Shown piece by piece: positions 22,762-34,559 of a DNA stretch of 45,200 nt. Each line of letters begins with the position of its first letter. Position 1 is the stretch's first letter. Under the pieces are notes generated by a model that searched no databases, was not told the origin of the DNA, and saw only the letters and a program-made list of their open reading frames with translations. The position numbers and the translations under genes are program-made. This DNA is from Folioceros fuciformis (taxonomy: Eukaryota): assembly GCA_049999805.1 (NCBI GenBank), contig JBNGIO010006131.1:71684-116883 (forward strand). Direction: 5' to 3'.

Positions 22762-25122
22762 GTCCGTGCACACCAATCTGACAGCGACCGGAGCGCAACT
22801 CTCACAGCGTCAGGAGACGGGAAGGAAGACGCTCCAAGCTTGGACTAAAACACGAGTCGTCTGGAGAAGGGAGCTACTGCGAAGTCTGGTGCGTGTGAGT
22901 CCCGAAAGGCAGCGAGATGCGCGATTGACGGCAGAGCGGATCTTTGCAGCGTACAGGAGTGGGGGAGGCTGTGGCCAGAATCTGTAACGCGTATCTGTGC
23001 GTGGCAGCAGGAAAGAGAAAGGGGAGATGTATGAGGCGTGGACTCACGGAGGCCACCAGAATATTGGCATCACCAAGTGTTTTTGGCCATTAGTGTTACA
23101 AGGGAAGTGAGTTCGGACATCTTTAGGTTGGTATGTTCTCGAAGAACTATGCTCTTGGCTGAGAGAATGGAACGGCTAGGGCTGGGCCCTGGGCCCTACC
23201 GTTGATGAAGTCAGACTGCTCCGCAGATTTCTCCAGGAAACTCACCACTCGAGCTCTTTCATTCCGATATCCATGACACACTAGACACAGATGTACGAGT
23301 CCCATGTAACAGACAGTGCATGCAGGGTTTAGAACTGTCTGTTCTGATCAATCCAGTCCTAGGGTGAAACACGTCTTTCACGCCACCTCCTGCAGAGAAC
23401 AGGAGGCGTGCCTGCAATAGCCCAACTGCCCGCAAGCAGCCCCTTCCTTTTCCCGTGATTCCGGAAGCAGGCCCCATGCCGCCCCCGGCAGCCTGCAACC
23501 CAGGGAAATTGTCGTAGTCTTGTTGCAAATTGTCCTCGCGTTGTTGGAGTTTGCCGTCGTGTTTTCTGCCGCTTCCCCAGGGGCACTGGTCCAGGGTTGT
23601 TGCCAGTGTTTCCTTCATTCTTCCCCTGAATGTTGAGGACTCGGTCTTACAACTGTGGCTCGCGGTGCTGTTTGTTGCAGATCATTTAACACACACAATT
23701 TCGTGCTGTGAGGGTGACGAGGTTGCAATTGGAAACGTTCCGACAGAGAACATCGATCTCCAGGGAGTAGGGCTGTTGCTGGATTCCACAGCTGTCTGGG
23801 TCCGGGCCGGCATCCACGACCAGACGCACGGCACATATGACAGGGATCGCTTGCGGTTTTGACAGCAGCCCGTGATTTTGCCCCATTTTGACTGTGTTCA
23901 CCATAGACTTCTGAGCATTATCTTGTTGAGAGACAAAGCTAGCTTTCCTTTCTCCAAATGGTAACGGAACCCAATACTCCCCATCACATCTTGCAACTCA
24001 AACACTCAAATCGCAAAGACTGAATTTTGCCAAAATTGCCGCCAAGCCTCCCCATGCACCTGTGTGTAGGACTACCTACACCCAGTATATAAGTCACCTG
24101 CATAGTTTGGGTTGCCTCTTTGTAGTCTATGCATGCCAAACTCCTCAAAGATTGTCCATGACCTCTGCACCTTTTGGGTAGGAAGATCAAAAGCTGTCTC
24201 CCTCAACAGCCTCTAGCTGAAGGTTAGGTTTGGGTGCGGCCATAATTCCATGCATTCATTTATTCTTTCTTGTGGTGATTTGCAGGATGTGGCCATAATT
24301 TCTTGTTCTTGCATTCATCTTCTCTTTCTAGTGTTGATTAACAAGTCATATGGATATGAAAAGAACTAAACAAGTAGAAATGACCCGTTTTGTTATGCTA
24401 TTTCTATTTTTATTTAAGTAAAATTGATGCTTATTTGAGGTTAATTTAGATCTATTTAAGGTTATAAGTTTTTACCTATTTATTTAAAATATAAAAAAAA
24501 TTATATATCATGGTATTAGAGTTACATTTTATTCAATACATGTCTTTTAAATAAATTTTAAATACTTTTTCAAGCTTGAATTCTCTAACTGTTACAATCC
24601 CGTAAATGTTACCCGTTGGGTGTAGGGTATTGGGTAATATTAGGGCATTAGGGAGGGTCGACTGTAATGGTTTCTGGGTGCAGATTGGTTTGACAATCTT
24701 GCAGCTATATTCCGCAGCTGCGGTTTTGCAACCATCTAGCCTCCCCTGAGGTCCAGTGCTGGCCTTTGATCAGTACAACCGAGCACAAATAAATTTCTCG
24801 CCGTCCGTGATCGCACCACGATCATCATGTCATAAGCGCTGTGGCACTTCACGCACTGGCACTTCCCTGGTCAGTGAAGTGTTCTACCTTGGGTCTCCAA
24901 CTTTGAGACCTTAAGTGAGTGTGCCCATGCGTGTTCGTGCAATAGGAGAGCTTCCTACGAATTAGGGACGGCAGTAACGTCAACACTCCACCCGCATGCA
25001 TTTCTTTGCACCACAAGCCGCAATTGTACACGCAAACGATCACAAAAAGAGGACATTTAGAAGTGGTGGAGGATGGCTGTGTGCCATCCCACCTTGAGAA
25101 AAGTAAGCATTCCAGACAGCCC

Positions 25123-26316
25123 TCAGTGGCCAAGAAGATTGAGACTAGGCTGGAACGAAACTAGAAAGCACTGCAACATGACAGATGCAGGGAAAGGGAA
25201 GACATGCCAGGACCTGTTGAGGGCATGAAACGCCAGCACGCTATGACACCGTTTCTGCCCTCGGATGTTAATGCTCATACAGAAGAAGTTGCCCACATTC
25301 ATCACCTCTTTCAGTTCCTTCACACAGGTGTCGGGATCAAAATCTTGCACCAGTTCCCGAAACTGGTCCTCAGGGAACAGGGAGAACTGTTCCCACGTCC
25401 TGTTGGTCTCATCAAGCTTCCAGATCCCGTAACCCGTGAAAGGGTCAAGCTGTCCCACCAAGAAGATAGAGGCTCGGAACGCCACCAGCCCGAAAAACCG
25501 TTGGCTCACACAATCAGGCCTGGCCACCGGAAACTCCCTAGTCACCATGCCTTGCGCGATGTCGTAGACAAACAACCTAGCACCGTCAGCATAGCAGTAG
25601 ATGGAATGGCCAGTGAGCACAGACCTGCGGTGGCCCCCTCCCGGCGTAACCCACTCCTTCACCTCCCACGCATCAGTGTGAGAGTCGAAGACATGGATTT
25701 TCCAGTGAAAGAAGGACTCCTCGTCGCTCACCACCATCACCTTGAAGGCATCCAGGTTCTTGCTGGCCACCATCGACATCATCACCACATCCATGTCCTG
25801 GAGTAGTATCTCCGGCAGCTCCCTCCATTTCCTCGTCAGAGGGTTGCACACAAGAAGCGACATTTGGTCCATGGTATCCCGGTCCTTCACCTCTCCACTG
25901 GCACAGGTCCTGAAGCAGATGAGCCCTTCGTCCGAAGTACAGGTGTAGCCAACCCGGTTGGGAAGAAAGGAGAGATCGATCTTGTACAACTTCCCACGCG
26001 CACCCGGCAGGTGCGGCAGAAAATCCCACCTCGGCAAGGTAGGTTCCGTCCCGAACGAGCATAACCAAGGCGCAACACGGGGAGCGAACACACATTGCCG
26101 CACAAAACTGGGAGAAGTGAGCAGCGCCAGCCATCCCTTACACACAGCCCGAAACCTGTAGTGGCTCACCAGGGGAAGCCTTGCAAGCACCCTCTCCAGC
26201 ACATCGTCCGGCAGACCCGGCCACAGCCGCTCGTCCATCGCGCAACTGAGCTCCGAGGGTGCCCCCACATCTCCCTCCGACAAGAAGAAGAGCCACTGTT
26301 TGTCTTGCTTCTCCAT
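25123..26316 (-). CDS. F-box protein with kelch/FBA-like C-terminus, intronless, 397 aa
   Basis: F-box LWPGLPDDVLERVLARLPLVSHYRFRAVCKGW, then SDEGLICF, VCNPLTRKWRELP and HVFDSHTDAW repeats. Confidence 0.92.
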   Translation of the reverse strand: MEKQDKQWLFFLSEGDVGAPSELSCAMDERLWPGLPDDVLERVLARLPLVSHYRFRAVCKGWLALLTSPSFVRQCVFAPRVAPWLCSFGTEPTLPRWDFLPHLPGARGKLYKIDLSFLPNRVGYTCTSDEGLICFRTCASGEVKDRDTMDQMSLLVCNPLTRKWRELPEILLQDMDVVMMSMVASKNLDAFKVMVVSDEESFFHWKIHVFDSHTDAWEVKEWVTPGGGHRRSVLTGHSIYCYADGARLFVYDIAQGMVTREFPVARPDCVSQRFFGLVAFRASIFLVGQLDPFTGYGIWKLDETNRTWEQFSLFPEDQFRELVQDFDPDTCVKELKEVMNVGNFFCMSINIRGQKRCHSVLAFHALNRSWHVFPFPASVMLQCFLVSFQPSLNLLGH

Positions 26317-27447
26317 GGCTGGCTACAGCTGCGTTCTCCTTGCTTCGCTTCGGTTCTCCCCGAAAACAACGAGCCGCCGCCGGATTAGAGGAGTCTCGGG
26401 TCACCACTCACAGGCAAGGCTTGTTTGGCGACCTTGCGCTTCGACCCTGTCTCCATCACAGCTCGCGCGCTAGCACCACTCTCGCATTTACCACCTCCAT
26501 GGATCTGCGCACTGTAGTGAAGAGGGAAGGCGAGAGCATGGAAGGACGGACGGGTTACGAAGCTGGCCTAAATATAGATGCCATGTTTGGGGCGGGCCCT
26601 CTGGCCTGATAGGGACAAAAAGCTAAAATGCAATGCTCCAATCAGAGACGCCATCTCCCCGCCGGAAAAGCGTCTCAAGACCACAAACCTCCAATCACAG
26701 CTCCCCGCGATCATGCAGGCTGTAATCTCCCTTTGATGCGATCGCTTGCCCTTGATCCTGTTTCCCTCGGCCGCTCATGCAAGTTGCAAATCGCATCCTG
26801 GCAGGCGCTCAGATCCTTTTGGCAGGTTGGGGGTTGTGCGCTTTGGGCGGATGAGCGTGTTACCCACCCTTTCCCATCTCGTGCTCTTCCTCTTCCTGTT
26901 CGCTTAAACGCAAGGTGCATCCGTACTGCCTTTCAATTCACCAGGACAGCATTTGCCTCACTGCTGCCGTTCCCGACACCAGGACGGCATTTATTTCCCG
27001 CCCGACAGTCAGTTGCACCAGGCCATAGTTGGCTACTAATTGCAATGTTCACCGGGGCAGAGCTTGCTGCCATCTGATTCACCCGGCCATAACTTGTTGC
27101 CCTTCTTGATCCAAAAGGCAGCATTTGATTGACCTGGCCAAAACATGCTACTACTTGATGCACCAGTGCAGCATTTGATACCGACGTCGGTGCCAAGCAG
27201 GTGCATGCTGCGGCACCCAGCCAATTTTGTGCATGTGTCCTGAATCCTCGAAACCAGGCTTGGACGGGTTTGTTCATGAGACACCGCGAAAACGAGTGTG
27301 CAAGAACAAGCAGATGAGGGGAGCTCCGAACATGGCGGCCTGAGAGAAGAACCTTCAAGACCCTGAAGCTTGATGAGAGACAAGACATGATACGGTATGG
27401 GCAGGCGGTGGCGGAGATGTGTGCATCTTCTGCGAGTTGTTGTCGTA

Positions 27448-28965
27448 TCAGATGAAGAGGTCCCATCGGGGTTCCAGGAGACCGTGCGGATACGGCATGA
27501 CGCCGTGCAAGGCAGCCCATGAATTCGAGGACGTGTGGAAGACGAGCAGTTTACCATAAGAGGTGGGGGCATGGCGACGGGAGTCATAGACGCCTATGCT
27601 GAGGAAGATGGAGGGGCCGATGCTCACGGCGTCCATCAAATCCACGCGATTCACATCCACCGGGTACCACAGCTTGAACAGGTCCACCCACTGCGGTCCC
27701 GGGAGGATGGACACCTCCTGCCACCGCTGCTGCTGCTGCTCCTGGTGCGGCCCCGGAAGGAAGGAAACCTCCTCCTCATGCTGACGCTCCTGGTGGAGTT
27801 GCAGCTCCCAAATCCCGAAGCTCGGGGGCCGGCCGTCGATGCGGCTCACCAGGAACACGCGGCCGTGGTGCTCCAGGAGGCGGTGGTACTCCACGTGTGC
27901 GCCGGGGGGCACGCGGAGGTTCACGGAGCGCACCAGGGAGACATGGCCGTCCGGACGTATGTTGTAGAGGTCCAGCACCTGGCCCAGATAGTAAATGTAA
28001 ATGAGGCGGCCGCACACCAGCAGCGCGGTCCTGTAGATCGGGGGGAAGTGATGCAGGCAGGGGCTGCGGCTCTCAGTCCAAGCCTGCGTCTGGGAGGAGT
28101 ACACGCACAGGCGGCCGTTGGAGTCGTGGGAGAAGGTGCTGGAGCAAAGCACCACGACGGTGAAGGGGGCCGGGTCCAGAGCCACAGCGACTCTGGTGGA
28201 ATGCTGCACCAGCTTGGCCATGGCCGGGAGCCGCTTCCAGGTGCGCGTCACCGGATTGGTGACGCACAGCGTAATTCGACCCAGCTCTTGCACCCCGCGC
28301 TGCGTGTGGAAGCAGATGAGGCCGTTGCTGGCAGTCCACACGTCCGACACCCGCTCTTGCAGAAACGACAGGTCTAGGCGGCAGATGTGGAAGAGGGAGG
28401 GATTCGGCATCCGCGGCATGTCCATGAGCGACAGCCCGGGAGGGATGTCGTAGAGGAAGATCGGATTGCGGGAGCGCGCTGACGCTGTCCACGACCTGAG
28501 GAACTCCGGCGATGACAGGTTTTTGGCCCACCGCTTGCACACCAGCCGGAAGCGCACATGGCTCAACAACGGCAGCTTCAGGAGAACTATGTCCAGAAGC
28601 TCCTGCGGCAGCCTCCCCCAAAGCCCCACCTCCTCCTCCTCATCATCGTCCTGCTCCTTCTGCTTCTCCTCCTCTTCCTCCTTCACCATGAGAAGTACGA
28701 ACTGGCGCTCTCGGGAGTGGCTGTTCTGTCCCACGGCGCTGTCCGCCATAGCCATGCTCCTTCTCAGCTTGCCCCGCCCTGCCTTCATCTGGACACGAGA
28801 GTCTGGGGAGGAAGAGATAGCAACGAGTGACAAGCCGTCAGCAGAGCTTCGTGTCGAAAGCACCCCATCTAGGGCTTCGAGCACATTGTCCGTGCGTATT
28901 GGCTGTGAAGAATTGCGTGCCACTCCAGGATGCTTTGTAGGTCGGAAACTACTAAACGTCAACAT
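27448..28965 (-). CDS. F-box protein with kelch/FBA-like C-terminus and acidic tract, intronless (true start may be 28788 or 28755)
   Basis: LWGRLPQELLDIVLLKLPLLSHVRFRLVCKRW, ASNGLICF, VTNPVTRTWKRLP, VYSSQTQAW. Paralogous to the neighbouring F-box gene (DLSFL, GIW motifs). Confidence 0.9.
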   Translation of the reverse strand: MLTFSSFRPTKHPGVARNSSQPIRTDNVLEALDGVLSTRSSADGLSLVAISSSPDSRVQMKAGRGKLRRSMAMADSAVGQNSHSRERQFVLLMVKEEEEEKQKEQDDDEEEEVGLWGRLPQELLDIVLLKLPLLSHVRFRLVCKRWAKNLSSPEFLRSWTASARSRNPIFLYDIPPGLSLMDMPRMPNPSLFHICRLDLSFLQERVSDVWTASNGLICFHTQRGVQELGRITLCVTNPVTRTWKRLPAMAKLVQHSTRVAVALDPAPFTVVVLCSSTFSHDSNGRLCVYSSQTQAWTESRSPCLHHFPPIYRTALLVCGRLIYIYYLGQVLDLYNIRPDGHVSLVRSVNLRVPPGAHVEYHRLLEHHGRVFLVSRIDGRPPSFGIWELQLHQERQHEEEVSFLPGPHQEQQQQRWQEVSILPGPQWVDLFKLWYPVDVNRVDLMDAVSIGPSIFLSIGVYDSRRHAPTSYGKLLVFHTSSNSWAALHGVMPYPHGLLEPRWDLFI

Positions 28966-29197
28966 GCCATTGCTGGCTACCCAATGTCACAATTAGATAA
29001 ACTAGTGCCTCCTTCGAATTAGGCATGTACATATGCAGCAGATTCGCACATCAAGTAACGGGCCAAGTGGATGGATGTGCGTCAAATGTGCCACATCTGG
29101 TCGCGTTATGTTACATGCAGGGGCTGCTTTGGACTCGGTGGCCAAGAATCCGTAGACAAATACACAGAACCAGTTGAGCTGGCTTCGAATAGTTGGA

Positions 29198-31913
29198 CTA
29201 GGCCCCCGCTGATGTAGATGCTTCAACTCTTGCGTCTGCTTCGCCGACGTCGATGGGTGCCTTTCCCTTCCTGCCCGCTTCCGTTTCAGAAGTGGTAGGG
29301 CCGCCACTTTCCTCACGAGCGACTTCCGTACTGGAGATAGGCTGCTGGGCTGTGACATCCTTGTCTCTCATGACGGTCCTCAACTCAGTACGTTGCTGAG
29401 CGACAGCCTCTAATCTTTGCTTTAAGTTCTGAGTGACCAGAGGCAAGCAGGCTTAGTTCTGCTGTAAGACTGCTGAAGACTGGAAATGGGGTGGAAATTA
29501 AGACACTTGTTGCCTACCTGCTCTTGTTGTCTCAGAACTTGGTCCAAGAAAGACCTCAAAGCCCTGTCAGGAGGAAGAACTCTACCGCCATCAGCTTCTT
29601 CGCCAGCCCCATTGTTTGCACTTCGTAACCTCTGTAAATGGCCCACCACGAAAGAGTGATCATACTGCTCCACAACACATCACATCTACCGTTTGTGGAA
29701 AAATAATGGGAAAGTGGCTGCCTACCGCTTCGGGCTGTCTGAGATGAGGCTCCAGAAGAGAAATAAATTCATTGTCACCAAGAGGAATCGCGGGGATTCC
29801 ACCATCAGGTCCTACGATGTTGCTTGCTCTCGCTGACCTTGGTGCAGGCCAGTAACCATGGGGAACCTGATAAAGACCAAACAATGGAGGAGCTGGGACA
29901 TACTGCACCCGTCCTGAGGGACTACTCCCTACTATACCCGGCGGTAGTTGCTGAGCTGTAGGGCCCTCAGCTAAGTTGCTGTCCCCAGAAACTTGTTCAG
30001 TTTCTTGCGTGGATTCGGGTGCAACCGTCCTTCCCTCCATACCGTTATGCCCTGCACCTGCTGCCCTGTAAGCCGGATGAAGCAGTGGGACAGAGACCAG
30101 ACACCTGCAGCACAATCATGATCTTTACTATCAACATTCGTTGCGTCTCGTGAGTGTGGAATGCAAGAGGCAAAAGTTCAGTTCGTTCAGGACTTCACCA
30201 GTTGCCGGTTCCCAATGGTGGATAGACAAAGGATGAATTATATTGCGCAGCAGCCGCAACGGCAGCTTGAAGCCTTTCTTGATGCTGGGGTGAAAGGTTA
30301 CCACCAACATAGTACTGTGCATTACCTTCCGGTGCTCTGCCCTGGCCTGTGACTCACGTCATCAACCCATGAGGCTACCAAAACTTTGCCTCGTGTGAAC
30401 GCACAAGCAATGAGAGACAAGAAAACCTTCAAGAAAATGTTACAACTCAATACACAAGATGCTCAAACACAAGCTACCTTCAGCTGCCCTGTTAGCCTGA
30501 GATGATCCACTTCCAGCAGCTGCATCTGCAGCATTTTCAGGCACCAGTACAGGAGCTCTGCACGTAGGACATGTTTGCTGCCTCTCCAGCCATGACCGTA
30601 GGCAATGTACATGGAAAAGATGACCACACGGCAGCTTCTTAGCAGCTATCATTTCCTCCCTGCATATAATGCATGTTGCATCCCCTCTGCAGCAATCGAG
30701 AACTTCAGATCTACCCTTACACAAGAACTGCAGCAGTTTGGAACCATCTATTGTGATTTGAAGTGAGGGCGTAGCACATTCATTGTGCTGAAAGAAACAA
30801 CATACCGGCCAAGCTCTTCAGCTGTCGCATCTGGGAAACGATCATTCATATTGGAAGTTATTCTTCTGTATCTGAGGAAGTCGGCCACACGAGCCTTGAA
30901 GCTGCGGAATGTCTCGTACAATTCTCGCACCAAATGGAGAGGAAGTCCATAATACCTGAGACAAAGTCCAGGATTATCAGCCAACATGTGCGCAGGGAAA
31001 GTAAATATTTCATCATAAGGAACGATCTCCAGGGACTCTAACTCACATGAAGATGGCAAAGAAGAACAACAGGTAGAGCGATAAGTGGATGAGGTCCCGC
31101 ACAAGCTCAAGGTAGAAGATGTAAACGGCTTTGTTGTCCCACTGCCCATCCATCACCATATCCCCTACGTACAACGCATATTTCACGAACGTTGCCATAG
31201 TGGAGGTTGCCAAAATCGTGTACCTACGAATCAGAAACCGTCCCCGTTAGAAACCGGTCTAAGATTTTCCAACTGCAAGAAGAGACATCTGGCAGAAACC
31301 ATCATCAAAAGCAATGGCAACCTGGACAGCCCTAGACCAGGAGTTAGCACAATAGCACTGGCACAGGTAGACGTACTCACTCGAAAGCGAAAAACATCGA
31401 TACGGAAGGGTCTTTGGTCCTGAGCAGATGAGCAATTGAATGCCGTAGAAACAAGCTGTCTAGCGAGAGAAGGAGAACCATGAAAAAAATGATGCGCAGA
31501 TGTGACAGGCGCGGAACGGACGGCGTAGTCTCTATATACTCCACTCGCTTTTGAGCGAGCCAGTGAAAAGCTTTGATGAACAAGAGCACAGTGATCCTGG
31601 CAACAAAGGAAACACAGAATTCTTCCCTGAATATTGTCATAGCAAACAAAATCTCCATCACTTCCCTCCATGACTGCTCGTTCAACCGCTCGAGCTCAGC
31701 CTCCCGAAGAGAGCCAAGAAATACAGTCTTGATCAGTTGCCAAACGGCGCACAGAATCACCAGCGCCATGTTCAGCAACACAAGCAAACATATCTTGGAA
31801 TTGGACAGATAGACCATCGCAGGATAAAACTGCTGCCGGGTTCGGAAAGCATGGTAGACGACAGCTGATGCCCCCACAGTACTGAGCACAACATATCGCG
31901 CTAGCCTCACCAT
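29198..31913 (-). CDS. HRD1: ERAD E3 ubiquitin ligase HRD1/synoviolin, 8 exons, about 658 aa
   Basis: Exons 31913-31381, 31223-31047, 30955-30806, 30686-30478, 30346-30199, 30104-29690, 29631-29518, 29428-29198 (in frame). Multi-TM N-terminus (QFYPAMVYLS, LREAELERL, KAFHWLAQKRVEY) and RING-H2 CIICREEM...LPCGHLFHVHCLRSWLERQQTCPTCR. The 3' exons are less certain. Confidence 0.93.
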
Positions 31914-32815
31914 CCTGCTCGCCAACTCCACGCTCTCAGAAGTATCCAAAACCTTCACCGCAAATTCTTGTCCAGCTCAGAAATCCATTCCATATTCCAA
32001 TTCCAGGCCAAAGCCGTTCCCTCGTTTCCGCGCCGCATTGCTTTTCCAGCCGTGTTCCAAATTCAGTATTCCGATCGCATCCGATGCAGCAAACGCAGCA
32101 GGTGAAATGACTAGCCCCTGCACCAGGGAAGCTCAAGGGGGAAGCGCCTTCGCGCACAGATCTACAAGCACACACAGGCCCTCATCAACCAGCTCCTCAG
32201 GCTGGATCTCAACCTTGGTCCCCAATTTTCATGCACAATCATCACTAAATATGAAATCCAACCCCGAGGCCCGTTTAGGGCTTCCAGTGTACAGAGGCCC
32301 ATATCAAACCCACTTTGACCCCACCAAATCATTCAGATCAAGGCTACAGGCCCCTAGGTCACAGCAGCCTACCGCAGCCAATTACAGTACGCCACAAGGA
32401 TCCCTTAAAAGCGGTCAAAAACAGGATCACATACGCCTTTTTAACTTGGTACTTACCGCACAAGCCTGTACAAAGACGATATGTATATCAAAATAGGCGC
32501 TTCAGGACAAACAACGGGAAGGGTTCTGACATTTCATCCGGGTCTGGGATTGTCTTGGATTTTTACGCACATTTCTAACATTTAGACCTAATAAAGTACG
32601 CTTGAATCGGATTCTAGCTTATTTGCTAAGTCTATGTGCTTGTGTAAGGTATTGGTGGTATTTGGTTAGTGCCTTAATACCTCTCAATAACTCAAATGGA
32701 GACTCTCTTCAAACAACAAAAACATCTTTCCTCCTAAATTTATAATTATTTATTTCAAACAATAGATTCTCACTCTTCCACTCACTCATTCTATACTTTG
32801 GTCTCCCAAGGCCTG

Positions 32816-33009
32816 TAGAGCCCCAAGATGTCTGCCCCCATAAGCTTTGTTGGGCAATACTCGAGTCACAAGTCCCCAAATGCACATTTCTTCCACACGT
32901 AGTGATATTGGATAGAGCCCCAAGATGTTTGCCCCCATAAGCTTTGTTGGGCAATACTCAAGTCACACGTCCCCAAATGCACATTTCTTCCACACGTAGT
33001 GATATTGGA
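32816..33009. repeat. 97-bp near-perfect tandem duplication, followed by a 16-bp duplication (33009-33040)
   Basis: TAGAGCCCCAAGATGT...GTAGTGATATTGGA at 32816 and 32913; AAATTGATGTGCTTAG x2 immediately after. Confidence 0.92.
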
Positions 33010-33620
33010 AATTGATGTGCTTAGAAATTGATGTGCTTAGACCTATCAGTAAGGGCAAGAGTGGATTAGTTGTTCATTTTGATGAATACTAGGGTTTCCT
33101 CCATCATGCCAAGTTCATCAAGGAGCATGATGCAATCAATGACACCCTTGATGGCAAGTGTCACAACCATGTACTCAAATTGCGTGGAACAGAGTGCAAT
33201 CAAGCTCTTTCATAAACATAATGGATCCAATCAGGCTCCTTGATGGTTCGCTACTTCGATCCCCAATTAATAGTGACGTCATAAAGTAGCAAGACATAGC
33301 CAAAGGTAGATTTCTTTGAATCCACATCTTTTCCACCCCCCAATCCGTGTTGGTGAAAGAGTTGGGGAAAGGAGAGTGGAACAAGTGTGTTGGTGCTAGG
33401 TCCATGGTACATAATTCCATAGGCCATAGTCCCTTAAAGATAAGGCAAAGTGTACTTGAGGGCAAACCTAGAAAAAGGTCTTGGATTGGCCATTTGCTAC
33501 GAAAGAAGAATAGCATGAATTGGACATTCAAATCTTAGCATGGATGCACGTTCTTCAATCTCTATTGAACATAACATCCTATGTGCCTCCTTAGTCCCAA
33601 TTGCCCTAACCAATTGTGGC
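33010..33620 (-). mobile_element. Degenerate Ty1/Copia RT-RNaseH remnant
   Basis: Minus-strand translation with stops and frameshifts: YL*GTMAYGIMY, FTNTDWG (YxDADW), IALCSTQFEYM (VALSSTEAEYM), MNN*STLAL (DNQSAIAL), RSKHINF (RSKHID). Confidence 0.8.
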
Positions 33621-34207
33621 AAAGATCAAGCAACCCCTCATCCTCCTCATTACTATTGGAGCATGTCTCACCTACAGACTAAATGAAGCCATGAAGCTTA
33701 TTCAACTTATCTATAACTCCTTTTTTGTCTACGAAGTACGTGTGCTTACGTGTAGTGAGACAAAACTCACAATTAAGTTCTTAAATACAACCAGAAACTT
33801 AAAGTAGGTAGTTACAAATTGAACTATTACAATTGATTTTACAATTGTACCATAAGTGCACATGTCTATACAAACACTATATTCTATTCCTATCGAATCA
33901 AAGAGCATCCACTATTCTCACTTCCATCGACTATTCTCAATTCCATTGAATAACAAATGGCTTGCAAATCTTTGGGGCAGCAAGATGCCAAGGGGTGTAC
34001 CAACTTGAGCACTTATGGAATAAGGCTGAGGATGGCTGAAGAGAGGTAGAGGAAATCTGGGAGACCTTTGGCATCTCTATGTGTCATATTTGTCTTATGT
34101 TTAACTGGCTGTAGGAGTGGATGGATGTGGTGATGAGGCAAGCCTTGCTTCAAAAGGTGGAGGTGACCAAGGAGTCATGGGGGGGCCTATGGCATAGATA
34201 ACTGGGG

Positions 34208-34307
34208 NNNNNNNNNNNNNNNNNNNNNNNNNNNNNNNNNNNNNNNNNNNNNNNNNNNNNNNNNNNNNNNNNNNNNNNNNNNNNNNNNNNNNNNNNNNNN
34301 NNNNNNN
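34208..34307. other. Assembly gap (100 N)
   Basis: Run of N. Confidence 1.
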
Positions 34308-34559
34308 CTTTGGATTTTGATTAGGCATCCTTTGTTTCCACGCAAACAGGTAATAAAGGCTCGCTATCCTTAGAGTGGTTTCAGTAGAGGGACTCCTAGA
34401 GAAGCAAGGACGAAGAGAGTGTCAACTACCTTGACTCTCTTTGCGCCCCATCACAGTCTTGACAAGATCCACACCAACAGGATGATGTCTTACCCAGGAA
34501 GAATAAAATGCACACTCAACTTCCTTAAGCAAGCCTTTGACCCAATGCTGGTTCTACTT

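Noticed and set aside
23259-23904. Short minus-strand ORFs between DUF760 and the F-box genes
   Set aside because: No recognisable motifs or convincing exon structure; left unannotated.
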